Both the position numbers and the translations under genes were made by a program. The notes under the pieces were generated by a model. It did no database searches. It was not told the DNA's origin and saw only the letters and a list, made by a program, of their open reading frames with translations. DNA of 63,415 nucleotides, the filler included, from Octopus bimaculoides (Eukaryota), in NCBI RefSeq assembly GCF_001194135.2. It is 4 parts of 4 records of this genome, joined end to end, with 100 filler letters (N's around TTAATTAATTAA, not from the genome) between each part and the next. Parts side by side here need not be neighbours in the genome. Positions count along the whole stretch, not along the records: positions 1 to 28,488 come from NC_068982.1; 3 more parts are not named here. One strand, given 5' to 3'. Shown here in pieces: positions 1 to 14,010 of this stretch (position 1 is the first letter of the stretch; every line of letters starts with the position of its first letter).

Positions 1-866
1 ATATGTATATATATATATACACATATACTTTTGAATTTCAGACAGTAATTAAAAGAACAAAAAAACTGAATACGAAAATCATGCGTTTATTCATCAAAAT
101 ATACCTGGACATATTTTCCTCTTTGTTTCCATCATTGTGCCAGACGTTCGTTTGACGATTCTATGATTTGGCTTCGTTAGAAACAGAAATTTCCTTGCAT
201 TTCAATATTATCTACAGTGTTGAAACTTCGCCTGTGCAGGTAAAGTGATTTGACCACAAACATCACATTACTATTAGAATTACGGAAATGCCACATCATA
301 ATTATCACATGAGAAAAAAAGTTATTTGCAAAGTTATTTGTGGTAATTATATGTAGTATACTTGGCTAACAAAAAGACACAGCAACGACGGGGCATAAAT
401 ATTATATTTGAGGTTCATCACGGGCACTGCCTACCCTGATTTGGCATTTAATCTATGCACAATAAAACGCAGAGATCTAGAAATAAGAAATAAGTCAAAC
501 AACACATACATGCAAACAAAGTACATTACTTAGAAGTGAAAAATATCTGGAAATGTGAGGTTCATCGCGTGTAACCGCAGGAAAATATGAATATGTACAG
601 TGTCTTATTTTACACTAAAAAAATACATCCTAAATATCAGACATTATTGCTGAGCCCGCACAAATGAAATTCGACAAACACTAAAAGTTCAACTTAGTTT
701 AGACAAAGGGAACATAGTATTAAACGGAGGAATATCTGCAGAAGTACAAATCCCATCTGCAGAAGAACAACGTGCCCACTTCTGCTCTGGCCAACTGTGC
801 AATTTCTGATTTACAATCATAGAAGTAAACATAGATATACCCTGTGCGTGTGAGTGTGTTTGTGTG

Positions 867-904
<38 letters not shown>

Positions 905-948
905 NNNNNNNNNNCGCACGCGCGTGTGTATCTATCTATTTATCTATC

Positions 949-986
<38 letters not shown>

Positions 987-1555
987 TTAAAATATGATTA
1001 TAATTAAGAGCTCGCTAGAAATAGATGTCAAATACCAACAATCCACTTTAAATGTGTTGCCTATTTATAACCCAAGACCGAATGTGAGGAAATGAGGAAG
1101 AAGATTTACAAATTTCGGATAATCTTATATCTTAAGTTTTCGTGCTATGTATTGAAGATTAGAATGGACACGTCAGTAGGGATAAACCTACAATAAATAA
1201 GCAAAAAAGTACATATATACACTGAGTAATGTTTACGAAGAGATACCAATACATACATGCATTTCTCGCGTATATATTACATCTAATCACCCATCTTGGC
1301 CATGATGTTAATGTCAGAAATCATACGGGGTAAATACAGTCCCGCAGCATGATATAATGACTAGAGAGCTCAAAATTATTTATACTTATAAATTGAGGAT
1401 ATTATCATTAATATGATTTTATCATTAACATGATTATTTCAATGGCTAGCGTAAAAAAAATGATCATATCTGTAAAATTAATTTTTTAAGTAAGTAATTA
1501 TAAAAATATAATTATAATTAAGGGTACTGGAAGATCAACGCCTGTACGCGAGAAG

Positions 1556-1652
1556 TAGATGTCATAACCTATAACCTCTATTTATAACCGAAGGTCGAAT
1601 GGGTTATAAATAGAGAACGAATTGAGAGTGGCTTGCAGGTATTTGACATCTA
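1556..1652. repeat. Small fold-back (MITE-like) inverted repeat
   Basis: Perfect 14-bp arms ctctatttataacc (1576-1589) / ggttataaatagag (1602-1615) around a 12-nt loop. Outer near-complementary arms are tagatgtcataacct (1556) / aggtatttgacatcta (1637). A related half copy lies at ~1020-1085. Confidence 0.55.
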
Positions 1653-2104
1653 TGTCTACGGTATAGGCGCTGACATTTCACTGTCTTTAATTTAATTATA
1701 ATCTTATTTTTATAAAATATGTACTTAAAAATTATTTTTACCGATATGTTGGTTTTCCAAACGCGAGCCACTTATATAATCATGTTAATGATTATATTCT
1801 CAAATTATAAGTATATATATATTTATACATGACTGTATGTATGTATGTATATTTATATATTTATGAGGAAAAAAATATGATGATAAAATAGAAGATTTAT
1901 TTTACAAGACTAGAAAATATAGTAAAATCGTCCTGGTAAAAGTATTGTACAACATTATACAAAATAACATTTTTTCCTCTAAAAAAATGAGTTTCACTGA
2001 AGCTTTTCAGTTTGTGTGTTAGATGCAATTCGAAATGAGAAATTTTGTTTGTTAGTGGCGGATAAATGGTAACCAACATATTTTACAAAAAGGGAGAAAT
2101 CTGT

Positions 2105-2477
2105 AATCATGAATATGAGCTTATATTTTGCGAGGAATGAGGCCTCTATTTTTAGACGAACTTGTGCTGAGGTGAAAATAGCACATTGATATAATGGTAA
2201 GCTTGGGAATTGTGGTTCAAGTGGTTCTACACGTCTGCCAATGTTCTCACTGAGACGAATCTGGTGATATTGTGTGGAAGAGATGTGTTGTCTGTGAACT
2301 GTACATCTACATCTAAGGAATGTTTATGTGGAACATATATAGTATTTATGATAGCCCAAGTATCTAAGGACATAATTGAGGTTTTCAGAGGGTGCAAGTG
2401 AAATTAGATTTAATATTGAATTTTTGCCCTTGTTTAAAATGGAATTCTGATTCGTCCAGAAATTCACAAGTGCCAGA
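2105..2477 (-). mobile_element. Penelope-like element GIY-YIG endonuclease remnant (frameshifted, stops)
   Basis: Joined minus-strand frames read SGTCEFLDESEFHFKQGQKFNIKSNFTC / SENLNYVLRYLGYHKYYICST*TFLRCRCTVHRQHISSTQYHQIRLSENI...LYQCAIFTSAQVRLKIEASFLAKYK. This matches the PLE pattern NFTC-xSxNxIYxxxC-xxC-xxYIGxT-LRxR-HRxxI ... RLxxExxFIxKY. Confidence 0.75.
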
Positions 2478-2993
2478 CTGTAAATGAAGCCATTAAGTGT
2501 TAACAAAAAAGAAACGTCTAAAACATATGCATAGTTTGGAAACTCTACAATTACAGATTTACAGATTTACCATTGTGGTTTAGGTGAGGATCATCTCTAT
2601 GCTGAGGTGATTCATGTGGTCCGTTACTTTCGAGAGGACCAGAAGTGTTATCGTTATTAGTATGAATATTATGATTATTACATAACACCCGCGCTTCCCA
2701 AAACAGATGCCGAGTTAAATGGTTATGTATTTTCTTATTATTATTCTGTAATATCATGTATATATGTGTGTGAGGCCTAATTGTGTTTATTTGCATTAAC
2801 ATATCCACATCAGTTCGTCGTGGATTTCCCTTATAGCCACACTTAACGCTGCAGAGGTAGGCCTGGACAATGTATTCCAGTATAAGTTCAAATTCATTTG
2901 AACATTACGACGTGATTTGTATCTTGCTGGAACATATATAACCCTTACCTACTCTGTATACACACACATACACATATATATGTATATATATAA

Positions 2994-3079
<86 letters not shown>

Positions 3080-3835
3080 TCGTATGTATGTCTGCAGGCA
3101 TGTACGCATGTATGTATGTATTTATGTATGTATCTATATGAATACATCAAACCTATAATATTACCCTCGAAGAATATTTCGATATATAGGTACGTAATGA
3201 ATTTTTTACAAACTACACAGAATTAACTTGCTTACGTTTTCCTGTAGCATGTGTCTGAAATTTAATAGAAATCTAATGAAACGACTGCTGTCGTAATAAA
3301 GCAACATCCATAACTATATCTACACTAATCGTATTAGCAAACGACTCTCTATTGCTTCTACAAATAAACGTTCATTTTAGTAAAAGGATATTCTAAGATT
3401 CCTTGAGCTCGAATGTTTGCTATTTAATATATTTATTAGAGTAGTATAGTTTTCATGAATTATTGCCTAGTATATATGTTGTAAATTATATTTTCAAGTT
3501 AAAACAATACAATTTATAACAGATAAAACAGGCTGATATATCTAGATGGTATATCAATATATCCAGGTTTGGACTCCTTCCTCTCCTCAGGAAATCTTTG
3601 GAGAAATTTGTTATTTGCTGACTTCTCTGTCTTGCAGTCTGTGAGTTCGACATGCTTTATTAGAGTAACCAATCTAACTTGAGCAACTCTGATCTACTAA
3701 TATATGGTATATCTTTATAAACAAAAACTACGTTCATTCTCAAGTTCCCAACGTTTTTTGTTTCTGTAGATTCAACAGCAAGCTAGATTTCTTGGGTATA
3801 GCATTTCTGAAGTTATTTCTTTCGATTGAGCATAG

Positions 3836-4140
3836 ACGTGTCCTTACTTTCCAGCTCAAACATGAGCATATATGTTGGTGGTACTGCTTTATGTATAAAA
3901 TCACTCGTAACAAATGTAGTACATTCTACATCGAAAGTAGCATCAGAAAATTACGGATTAAAAAACACCTATATGCTAATCATTCTTCAGTAAAACAAAT
4001 ACAGCAAAATCTACAGAAATACAATATCCATGTTCCGATTGAAGCTACAGAAAAAAACACACGGCAAACTTGAAAATAAAAGAGGTGCTAATTACGATGT
4101 ACACACCAGGTTAATAACAGATTAGAGTTGCACGAAACCG
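3836..4140 (+). mobile_element. Second, divergent Penelope-like GIY-YIG endonuclease remnant
   Basis: ORF 3792-4073 contains YKITRNKCSTFYIESSIRKLRIKKHL..SSVKQ..IEATEKN, continuing past stops as K*KEVLITMYTP. This is the PLE pattern YKITCxxCxxxYIGSTxRxLxxRIKEHL ... ExLxIxxxxP. Confidence 0.65.
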
Positions 4141-6353
4141 ATATCAAATTTGTTTCTAGAGAAGTCCTGAAGTAGGTGTGCACACTTTGACATATTGAAA
4201 TACTAGTAACACTATCAAACTGCTCTAATTTTATAAATTGCATTAGCATTGTTTGTTTATAAATAGTATAATTAAAGTCGTGAATTTTTATATTGTTATT
4301 CTTCCTTACTCTGGTTTATTTCGTAATTATAATGGTGGTTCTGAAAATTTCATTCTCTTATCCTGCAAATCTTAAACCTAATTTTAAACTAGAAGAGATG
4401 TTCTTATAGGAAGAAGCTTAATACTTTAAGTTAACGAAAAGTTTATAATCTCAATATTCCTTATTCTTTGAGTGAAGCACAATATAAATATTTGTTTCTT
4501 TGTTTCTCTGTGCTAATTAACTTTTTGAGTTTTTATCATCTGCTTTTGAATGCAAACTCTGTTTTCATAAACGTTTTCAAATGTTACGATATAATTATTT
4601 CCTGGAATACTTTAGCTTTTGTTTTGATGAAGAACTGAATTTAGCTAATGTTAAAGACACAAATGTCACGATGTAGTCATTTTCTCATGCAATGTAGCGT
4701 TTGTTTTGACGATAAATTGAATATAACATATCATAGAAGAGAAATAAAATGGTTTTAACCACAGATTTCATTTGAATTCATACTAGTTTGAGTTGAAATA
4801 CAGAAAAATAAAATTGCCACAAGACACATGTCTGTTAACCATAAGAAAAAAAAAAGAAGAAAGTCGTTTAATTCATAATAGTAAGAGACGTAAACTTTTA
4901 TCGATTCAGTTTTATTACAATTACTGAAACTTCGCAGATAATATCAGCTCAGTCAGATATGACTTGAGAAATCTGTAGCGCTCGCAAACGATTGAAAACT
5001 TATGCTGGATTAAGTGCCATTATGAGGAGAATATAATCTACTGAATCGTATGAATCGTATGCAAAATCAGTTGATATCGTTTTGAAATGATAATCATCAT
5101 TAATAAAGTTCCTTAAGGGCTTCAATCGGATAATACGGGTTTAAGTTATGTTGTCATTATCAAATTAGCTCTGAGAAATATCCTAATGTATAATAATTAA
5201 TGCCATTACTCCGTCCTGTAGAAGTCAGAATCTCAGTTGAAGAAATATGTGTGTGTGTCCTTTTCGTCTTTGTATCACTACATGCCAACCGGTTATGATT
5301 GTTTTTTTTATGTCCTTCGTAGGTTAACGAGGTGGACACCAGGATCTATTTCATCAACCACGATACGTCACCAAACCTGGGTGCATTTCAATAACTGAAA
5401 TAAGTTTAAGAATAATCTTTTTCCACATTATGAATAATCTTCAAAAGAATGATCTTTTTCAACATTAACATATTTGAATTTATTATCCTTCGTCAGAATG
5501 CCAATAAGATATTCATTAAATTTTGAGTCAGTTATGGAGTATCTATATGGTCAACCGTTGCGATAGAAATATCAACTAAGAATCAGATACATCTAATTCC
5601 ACGACCACTTTCCATGTAGAAGAGCTCAATACGTAATATCATTCGGTGTATAATATACTAGCAACTGGAAAGATACAATGGGTATCGCTTTAAGCATTTG
5701 AGCATCTTGCTCAGCATCGTCTCGCATTTCCATAATTAGGTGGCTGATACCATAAAACAAAAGCATTGTGCTTTCGTCAATCGTATTTCACTATCAAATT
5801 CTTACTGTTGCAAATCAACAACTGCACCAAATTAAACAGTTTTAATATGCAGATTAGATTGTGAAATATAATACTTCTGTACATATATTGTAGATTTTTA
5901 TATCTCACTAAAATCAAAAACCAACAGTACATTCAATCTTCCCCAAATATATTCAATCTGAATTAATTTATTCGAATGTGAAAGGCTCACAAAGTCTAAA
6001 TATTTGAAACAAACACCTTGTGTTTATTATTTATTATTACGGGGAAATAAACTTTATAAGTCTATCTCGATTTGGCAGCCGCAACACCAGTTGTAAATTA
6101 TAGAATAGGCTCCTATAATGTCAATTAAGCAAGTTCCATTAAAACCGGAACAATAAAACCAAAATATGAACAACGAAAGCAAAGGAGAGTAATTGCAAAT
6201 GAAAGAAATAAGAGGAAGAAATAGCATAGAATAAATTGTGAGGAATTTAATAACACCATCAAAATTGCAAGCAATAGGAATCTCTCCAGGTTAATAAAGT
6301 CACTAATTTTAAGCTAAACTATTTACACACGTATGTGAGTCTGTGCGTGTGTA

Positions 6354-6399
<46 letters not shown>

Positions 6400-8409
6400 G
6401 TATATATCTATCTATATAATGAGACACACACACACAAACATCTATATGTGTCTATAGATAGGTAGATAGATAGATAGATAGATATGTCTGTGCTTATGGG
6501 TCTGTGCTTATGGGTTGGTATAGTTCTGTTCGTGTGTTTGTATTCATATATTATACAATGAATTATTACATAGATCAAAATCGACAGCCGACTAATTAAT
6601 AGAGAAAGAAAATTATATGAATTCTAAATATAATAAAACTGTTGAGAGCTCTAAAGCTGTAGGATAATATTTGGACATGTATAATCTCCAAGAATTACTT
6701 ACTCATCTAAAAGATAAAGGTATCTTATCAAATCAAAACAAAAGTTGTAGAAAGTATATATGTGGGTGTAAGTAACAAATATTGATAAATGGGAAAGTTA
6801 CAAAAGGTAGCAGAAGACACTGCCAAGCAAAGCCATGGACCGATTGTTAAATGGCATTCAACATCATAATGTCAAAGTTTAGGGTTACTGTATAGTGTAC
6901 AAATAGTAAGAGAATATATCATGAAACTCCAAGATTAAGGCAGTGAATCGATCAATTTTATTTGAAATCAAAACTTAAAAGAAAAAAATGTAAAAGGAAT
7001 ATAAAATATAAACTGAGTTTCTCTCAGTAAGTTCCAATTTCTACCAGCTAGAATCAATGTTCTGTCAATTCTGTCTATATAGCTCTGACAAAAGTAAGGT
7101 GTTTCTTCTATCAAAACATCAGCTGTATTGAATTCTATACGTAAATTGTAAAGCATCTCTTTATGTATGATTCGATGGTGTATATGCTGAATACGTTGTA
7201 AATGCCCAGAAAATTAATTAAAAAAAGAAAACATATCGAGATTAATCAGTTGCATCAAAACATTTGGTAAAAATTGTAAATTAATTACAACGGAAACTAT
7301 CGTATTAAATCCATATACTGAAATATGGGAATGCAAACAGAGATATCAATACACATATTCAATTGAAAATAGAAGAAAGCAAGGAAGGAAACCTTATAAT
7401 CGACTATAGCAAGAGAGTAAATGTCATAGAGAATTCGGAATATAATTTCGGAATTCAAAATAATGAATATAAAAATACTAAATGTACACGTATTCTGGCC
7501 ACGAACTTCAGTTTCAATATGAGAAACTTAAACTAACTAAAATGAAATTAACATCAGAATACTACTCATTGAATTTCAAACGCAATATCCGAAAAAAGTA
7601 TATAAAAAATATAAATATCAACATTAAACGATGAAATGCATGAAAATCTATTTCTACCCTATCACAGATTAAATAATTCATTAATGCCATACTTATTACT
7701 GTATTGAGAATCACATTTATAGTGTAGACTGTACAAAATACATGACAACATATTGCCGTTGGTTTTCAAGCATAGGAAAAAGATTACCATGTTAGCAAAA
7801 TGATTCGAAAGAAGTGTAAAAGAGTATAAACATAAAGGAAATAAACCGAAATATATTCATGACCATTTACATAAGGGGAAAACCATATTCCGCCATAGAA
7901 ATTAATGACTGTGGACATTGTTTTTTGAGGGAAATTAAACTGTACCTTTGGATATAAACGATTGTATTCAGATGAATTATGTCATAGCATCTTTGGAACA
8001 TTCTTTTATAGAAGATCGAATCGAACTCTTAACCAAATGGAATGCATATTTTAGCGAGATGATCGATATCAGAAGCGGATCGAATAAGTTTTCTACGAGA
8101 ATGAAAGCTAGATAAATGAAGCACCAAGATTATGTAAAGGAGGAATTGAGAGTGACAACAAACATTACTTTATGTAATACAGATAATATTTTCTTTTCAT
8201 ATATCATAAAACAGATTAAAAGTTCCTTTCTATGATTATTAGGGAGTCTATGATAAACGTTACCGGTGGATAATGTATGTTAGTGTGTGTGTATGAGCGT
8301 ATATGGATGTAGTACTGTAATTGGGAGTAAATTTGAAAAAAGAAGACTGCGTTCATTATGGATGGACTGAGAGCAATTATCGGTACCATTTAAAGAAAAT
8401 AAGCCTAGG

Positions 8410-8570
8410 GGCATTTCGCGTGTCTGAGTTCGAATAGGGTCGACTTCACCTTTTATTCTTTCATAGTCGATAAACTAAGTAACAGCCAAGCACTGTGTTC
8501 GATGTAATTTACTTGCCTCCTCCCTCGAAATTGCTGGCTGTGTGCCAAAATTTGAACCCAGTGTTGTAAA
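8410..8570 (+). mobile_element. tRNA-derived SINE, family C (degenerate)
   Basis: gtctgagttcgaatagggtcgacttcacc...gtcgataaactaagtaacag...ccaaaatttgaa is homologous to the copies at 20030 and 52540. Confidence 0.6.
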
Positions 8571-8879
8571 CAGCAATGTAACGAAACTGGTCTGATATCT
8601 AGAGGTAGTGAGTAACTTCATCAAAGCTGATGTAGAAATGCTATAGCGGAACAAGTAACAACAAATATATTATGAATAACAACCTGTTCTTTAGACACTA
8701 ATTCATCAATAATTGTTAGTAACTATAGAACCAAGGGCCTAACCACTGTAGACCTCTTTAGAATGAAATATTACCTGTTACTTGCAACGTGAGAATTTGA
8801 ACTCAGAATCGGGTGCCGGAATAAATGCAACTGAGAAATTTTGTCCTTCGTGGTAACGACTGTGCCAGCTAGCTGACTA

Positions 8880-9062
<183 letters not shown>

Positions 9063-9070
<8 letters not shown>

Positions 9071-9139
9071 TACCCCTCCCCTCCTTTCTCGTCCTCACCA
9101 TCTCTTCCAATGGGTTTTCAGTGCTGTCGTCAGCATTCA
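9063..9139 (-). mobile_element. 77-bp short interspersed sequence, copy 1 (with TTC/TTA tail)
   Basis: Its reverse complement matches 10896-10972 with 2 mismatches. Confidence 0.75.
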
Positions 9140-9679
9140 CACAATAGGATGACCTCCAAAATGTGTAAGTTTTTTCTATTAAATTCTATGTTTGCTAAAA
9201 CTTGTAGATATCTATTGATCCTTATATCTTAACTACGATGTGATTTTCCATAAATAGATTCCTTTAACGCAAATATTATGTGGTGTTTTATAAATAGACG
9301 CTATAGGATTTTTTTTTTATTTTGAGATGTATAGAAATGTCTATATATTTGCTATGCTAGTTCCAATAGTCGACGCTCATCACAAATATTCCCTCCCACT
9401 CACCCCCAATCCATTGCCAGTCGTGTCCACTAGCAGTCCAATAAAACAGTCTATATTAATAGACACAACAAAACGGATCCTAAGTTTAACACCCCAGTTT
9501 CAGCAGTAGCTAAATCAACAGCCATAAATCTGCCATCATTTGTTGTCTAAAGAAATCAGGGGAGACAATATTAGGACCCCTGCGCTTTATAGTAATAGTA
9601 TAAGTATAGTAATAATTGTTAAACTATAGTAGTAAACAAGTAAATAATACGATAGAGATTATAGTAGTAATACTGAAAT

Positions 9680-12125
9680 TTAAAACTGGGGTAGATAAGA
9701 CTCCTTAGTCAAAGTAGCGACAACCTGTCAGTGTCCAACGGCTCCATGGCTGGGATGGCGAATAAAACGGGAATCGGGACTTAACGCTGGAGCATTATTC
9801 GGATGGCGCTGGCATGTCTCCTAATGTGAATCACGGTCATGATCCCCAACACACAGAAATACTAAGGAAACGTGCCCAATTTATTAGTAGTAAGAGTTCT
9901 GCAGTCTTGGTTGACAATCTTACTTGAGATGGTATCTCGATAAAAATACCGGTTGGTGGTTAACCTTAAAACAGATACCACAATTTGGAGTGAAAATATC
10001 TAATATAAATGTTAATGAGGCTGGAGTCAAAGGTGAAAGCCTTTCGGCTGGCAGGTGCCGTGTGGTTGAGCAGCGCAATCCCGGTCGTCATCCAGAGACT
10101 GCTTGTACACAAAGCCAGAGGCAGAGTAGAAGGTGACACAAGGAGGCAAACCGAACGGTAATTGAATGTTTGGTCGGGAGTCAAATAGGTAGAAGGAGAT
10201 TCCGACAATGAATGAAAACAGTTAAAAAAACTCCGAAATTCGAAGAGCCCAGGACCGGACGGGGTCGAACGTTACTGGATGAAGAAGCTAAGAGAGCTAC
10301 ATGAAAGGATAGCATAACTTCTAGATGAATGCTTGCAGGAAAGCGCAGTACGAAGATGGATAGCAAAGGGAAGACATTTATCAAGGATCCTGAAAACGGA
10401 AATATTGCATCCAACTTTAGACCAATAAGATGCCTTCTGCTAATGTGGAGACTAATGTCAGGAGCTTTGGCAGGTGAACTGTATAGATACTTGGCAAAAT
10501 GTGGGCTGCTATTCATTAAACAGAAAGGGTGCCGAAAAAGGAGACGGAAACGAAGTGTCAGCTCTTAATTGATAATCAAATTATCAAGAACTGCAAGAGA
10601 AGACATACAAACCTGAGCATGGCGTGGGTTGATAGCAAAGCATACGATATGACACCACACTTCTGGATAATAAGAACAATGGAAATGGATGGTGTAGCAG
10701 AGAATGAGAAGCCATATGAGGAATAGCATGAAATGCTGGAGAACGGAATTGGAAGCAGAGAATCAAGTGGAATCTTTCAGAGGAACAATGTGTCCCTACT
10801 GATATGTGTGCTGGGAATGATATCCTTGAGTGAAATACTGCAGAAAACAAAGTTAAGGTATGATCCGCGAAGAGGTAAGGGAAAACTAAACCACTTGAAT
10901 GCTTACGACAGCACTGAAAACCCATCGGAAGAGATGGTGAGGACGAGAAAGGAGGGGAGGGGTATTCTTCTTATATAATTTCGGCAATAAGCTCGCGCGC
11001 AGTCGCAGTAGTTCAGTATGACACTGGAATTCGGACGTGGACAAAGGAGGAACTAAAGGAGATGAACAGGAAGTAAAAAAAAACTCCTAAAAATGCATGG
11101 AGCCCATCATCCACGTTCAGACATTGATGGGCTATACATAAAGAGAGCAAATGGAGGAAGGAGGCTGATAATTGTGGAAGACTGCATGCGTATCGAACTC
11201 GAGAACTTAATGGCATACTTAGCCCAAAATAAGGAAACGTTGTTAGTGTCAGTTAGGAACGAGTGAGTGTTGAGAAAAGAGAAAAAAAGGGAGAACAAAT
11301 GACGAAATACAAAAGGACATGAAGAAATATTACGCAAGAAAGGACTACACAATCAATTCTTTGCAGCCACAATAGATGTTGCTGGAAAAAATAGGTAGGA
11401 TTGGCTGATGAAACGAAACCTATAAAAAGGACCGAGAGCAGTATACTGGCAGCACAAGACCAAGCCTTGGCCACGAACAGGAGTTTCAACTTTCGGAATG
11501 AGCAAGTGTCTCCGCTGTGCCACACCTGAAATAAAGTGGATGAAACCATTGCACATATCTCGAACGAATACCCTAGACTTGTCTAAAACCACTACGAGTT
11601 GTGACGATATGACCATGTAGCAAAAGTGATCCATTAGAAACTGGGGCTACAGAGAGGCAAGACGTGGTATGCGCACAAACCGCAGAGACTTGTGGAGTCG
11701 GAGATAAACAAAATCCTCTGGGGTTTCCCAGTCCAAACAGATCAGGTGCTAGAGCATACCAGATCGGATCTAGTGGTAGTGAACAAGTTGCACCATATAC
11801 GCTACATTGTTGATGTAGCATGCCCATTTGACCTACGAATAGTCAGGTAGGAAAGCTAAAATATAGATTGATACAACGCTCCTAAATACGAAATAGCCTG
11901 GCTATGGAAAAGAAGGTGAAGATAATGCCAATTATTGTTGGGTCCTTGGGAACAGTATCAGGAGGCATCAAGAGGAATATAAAGGAAATTGGAATACAGT
12001 CCCCAGTAGAATTGTTACAAATGGTTTACCTCCTTGACACAGCCAGAATAATCAAGGCTAGAGGTAGTAAGCTCACTGCACATGCAAGTCTCGAAGAGTT
12101 CCAACAAAACCTGTGATAAAGAGAA
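9680..12125 (+). mobile_element. R4/Dong-like RLE non-LTR retrotransposon, internally deleted and pseudogenised
   Basis: RT motifs: [56 protein letters not shown]. Thumb region: WTKEELKEM..KLLKMHGAHHP..LYIKRANGGR, ESSILAAQDQAL. A decayed CCHC knuckle follows, then the RLE domain KILWGFPVQTD..TRSDLVV..IVDVACPFD..IIVGSLG. It ends in a (GAT)n(AAT)n tail. The 5' boundary is approximate. Confidence 0.85.
10896..10972 (+). mobile_element. 77-bp short interspersed sequence, copy 2, at the RT catalytic-core deletion of the R4/Dong-like element
   Basis: Inverted copy of 9063-9139. It lies immediately after codons KLNHL, where the YxDD motif is expected. Confidence 0.75.
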
Positions 12126-12126
12126 G

Positions 12127-12158
<32 letters not shown>

Positions 12159-12170
12159 GATAATAATAAT

Positions 12171-12219
<49 letters not shown>

Positions 12220-12240
12220 TATGTGTGTGTGTGTGTGTGT

Positions 12241-12440
12241 GTGTCTGTGTTTGTCCCCCCCCCAACATCGCGTGACAACCGATGGTGGTGTGTTTACGTC
12301 CCCGTAACTTAGCGGTTCGGCAAAAGAGACCGATAGAATAAGTACTAGGCTTACAAAGAATAAGTCCTGGGGTCGATTTGCTCGACTAAAGGCGGTGCTC
12401 CAGCATGGCCGCAGTCAAATGACTGAAACAAGTAAAAGAG
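12241..12440 (+). mobile_element. SINE family B, 3' half (well preserved)
   Basis: tttgtccccc..gacaaccgat..gtaacttagcggttcggcaaaagagacc..ggggtcgatttgctcgactaaaggcggtgctccagcatggccgcagtcaaatgactgaaacaagtaaaaga. The same sequence recurs at about 10 places in the window. Confidence 0.85.
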
Positions 12441-13948
12441 TTATTTTTATTCGATGTTCGTTTTTCTGATACATTTAAACTGACATAATCTAATATATTA
12501 AACAGTTAAAATGGATATGTTTCTTATATTATTTAGCAAAGTTTGCTAGGTTTATTCCACTGTGCAACATAATACCAAACTACGAATGCATTATTAACTT
12601 TTATTTGGAATATTTCTGATAACAACACGAGTGATTTATTCAGGAAGTTTTCTCCAATAAGTTTTCTATACATACATATCTATATAAATTCTCTTTCGTC
12701 TTTAATTCAAAGCCAGCAGTCATTCTCGAACTGTTCATAGCTGAGAACACGTGTATTATTCTTTTTAAAGATGACATTCTTATTTGCGTGCTTACTGATG
12801 AAGAGTATTCATTCATAAACTATAACAGACATTAAAAATTGCCTTTCGTGCATTGTTGAATTATCGTCACAATATATATGCATCTTGAATGTAAATCGCT
12901 ACACATTTCTTTCGTTTTTCCCCTTAACTCTTATCCCTATTTTACTGTAAAATATGCTTGAACTAGCAATAAATCATTCGCGTGAAAATGTATCGGCCTA
13001 AATTAATAACGAATAGTTGAACTGTTCTTGCTGACACAATATATTAATATGAAATTGCAATATATTCACAAAGCAGCCATTTCCATTTCTCGTTGATTAA
13101 AATCTCTTGTGACTTCTCTTTACACATCAATTACATAGCTGTATTTTAATATGACGCGCTAAACACTAAAATGTATTGCATTAGAACACAAAAAATGTAT
13201 ATAACTTTTCCCAATATTTGAATGTATTGAAATTCTCAACTTCAAACGAACATATGACAATATCTGGACCTATTGTTTTCATTACACATTATAATATGAT
13301 TAGGGTTATCACTACAAAAATATTATTGCTTCCAAATGAGTACAAACGTTATGCACAACCCCATGTATTTATTGTGATTTAGAAATTAGATTCACTTTTA
13401 TAGTTCGTTCAAATTTTATTTCACCGGTCACAGTGGAACTCACCCACCTTCAAAAACCGAACAAAAGAGAAATCACCAAATTGGTCCAGGTATTTCTGTG
13501 ATTTAATTTGTCATGAATAAAATAGATAAGATAAGGTATACTTACCATCATCAATTATAGCAGTTGTATCGGTGTTAGTTCTATATGCAATTTGGAAATT
13601 TAGTAAATTTTGCTAAGCTGACATAAAATACAAGACAGAAAATATTCAGCAGTGATTAGAGCATTTCTGAAAAGACAATTTGTCAGAAAATATTAATTAT
13701 CTAATATAATCCTTTTAGAAAAATTAAATCACTCAGTAAATAGCCATTTACGTTACGCCTATAGCATTCAATAAAAACTGTACGCAAGCAAAAGTATGTG
13801 TTCATTAGCAGGTAAATATTTTGCCATACACCCATTCGAAAATGAACACAGTCTATTTAAGCTGTCACATGCGGTTTCTTTTGAAATGGTTTTACACTTC
13901 AAGAAGGTTTGTCAAGAAGGTTTATAACTACATATGTAACAGCTAACT

Positions 13949-14010
13949 CAATATTAATTTCAATATTAATTTCCTCCATATTAATTTCCTCAATATTAAT
14001 TTCCTCCATC
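13949..14010. repeat. Minisatellite, about 4 copies of aatattaatttc(ctcc)
   Basis: Directly visible tandem units of 12-16 bp. Confidence 0.8.

Noticed and set aside
2551-2808. Exon-like segment (minus NNNKKIHN...; plus IYHCGLGEDHLYAEV...)
   Set aside because: No recognisable domain in either orientation. It is adjacent to a Penelope relic and may be decayed element sequence.
200-5830. AG..GT-bounded micro-exon candidates of 16-31 nt (e.g. ~218-239 +, ~3236-3254 -, ~4309-4339 -, ~5812-5827 -)
   Set aside because: Such signals are expected by chance in AT-rich DNA, and they do not assemble into a coherent protein.
9690-9800. Possible HDV-like ribozyme at the 5' end of the R4-like element (GGCGAAT present)
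   Set aside because: I could not assign complementary P2 and P3 helices or a canonical L3. A descriptor search would be needed.
12814-12845. CTGATGAAGAG..cataaac hammerhead-like start
   Set aside because: Stem II and GAAA are not preserved, so it is indistinguishable from chance.
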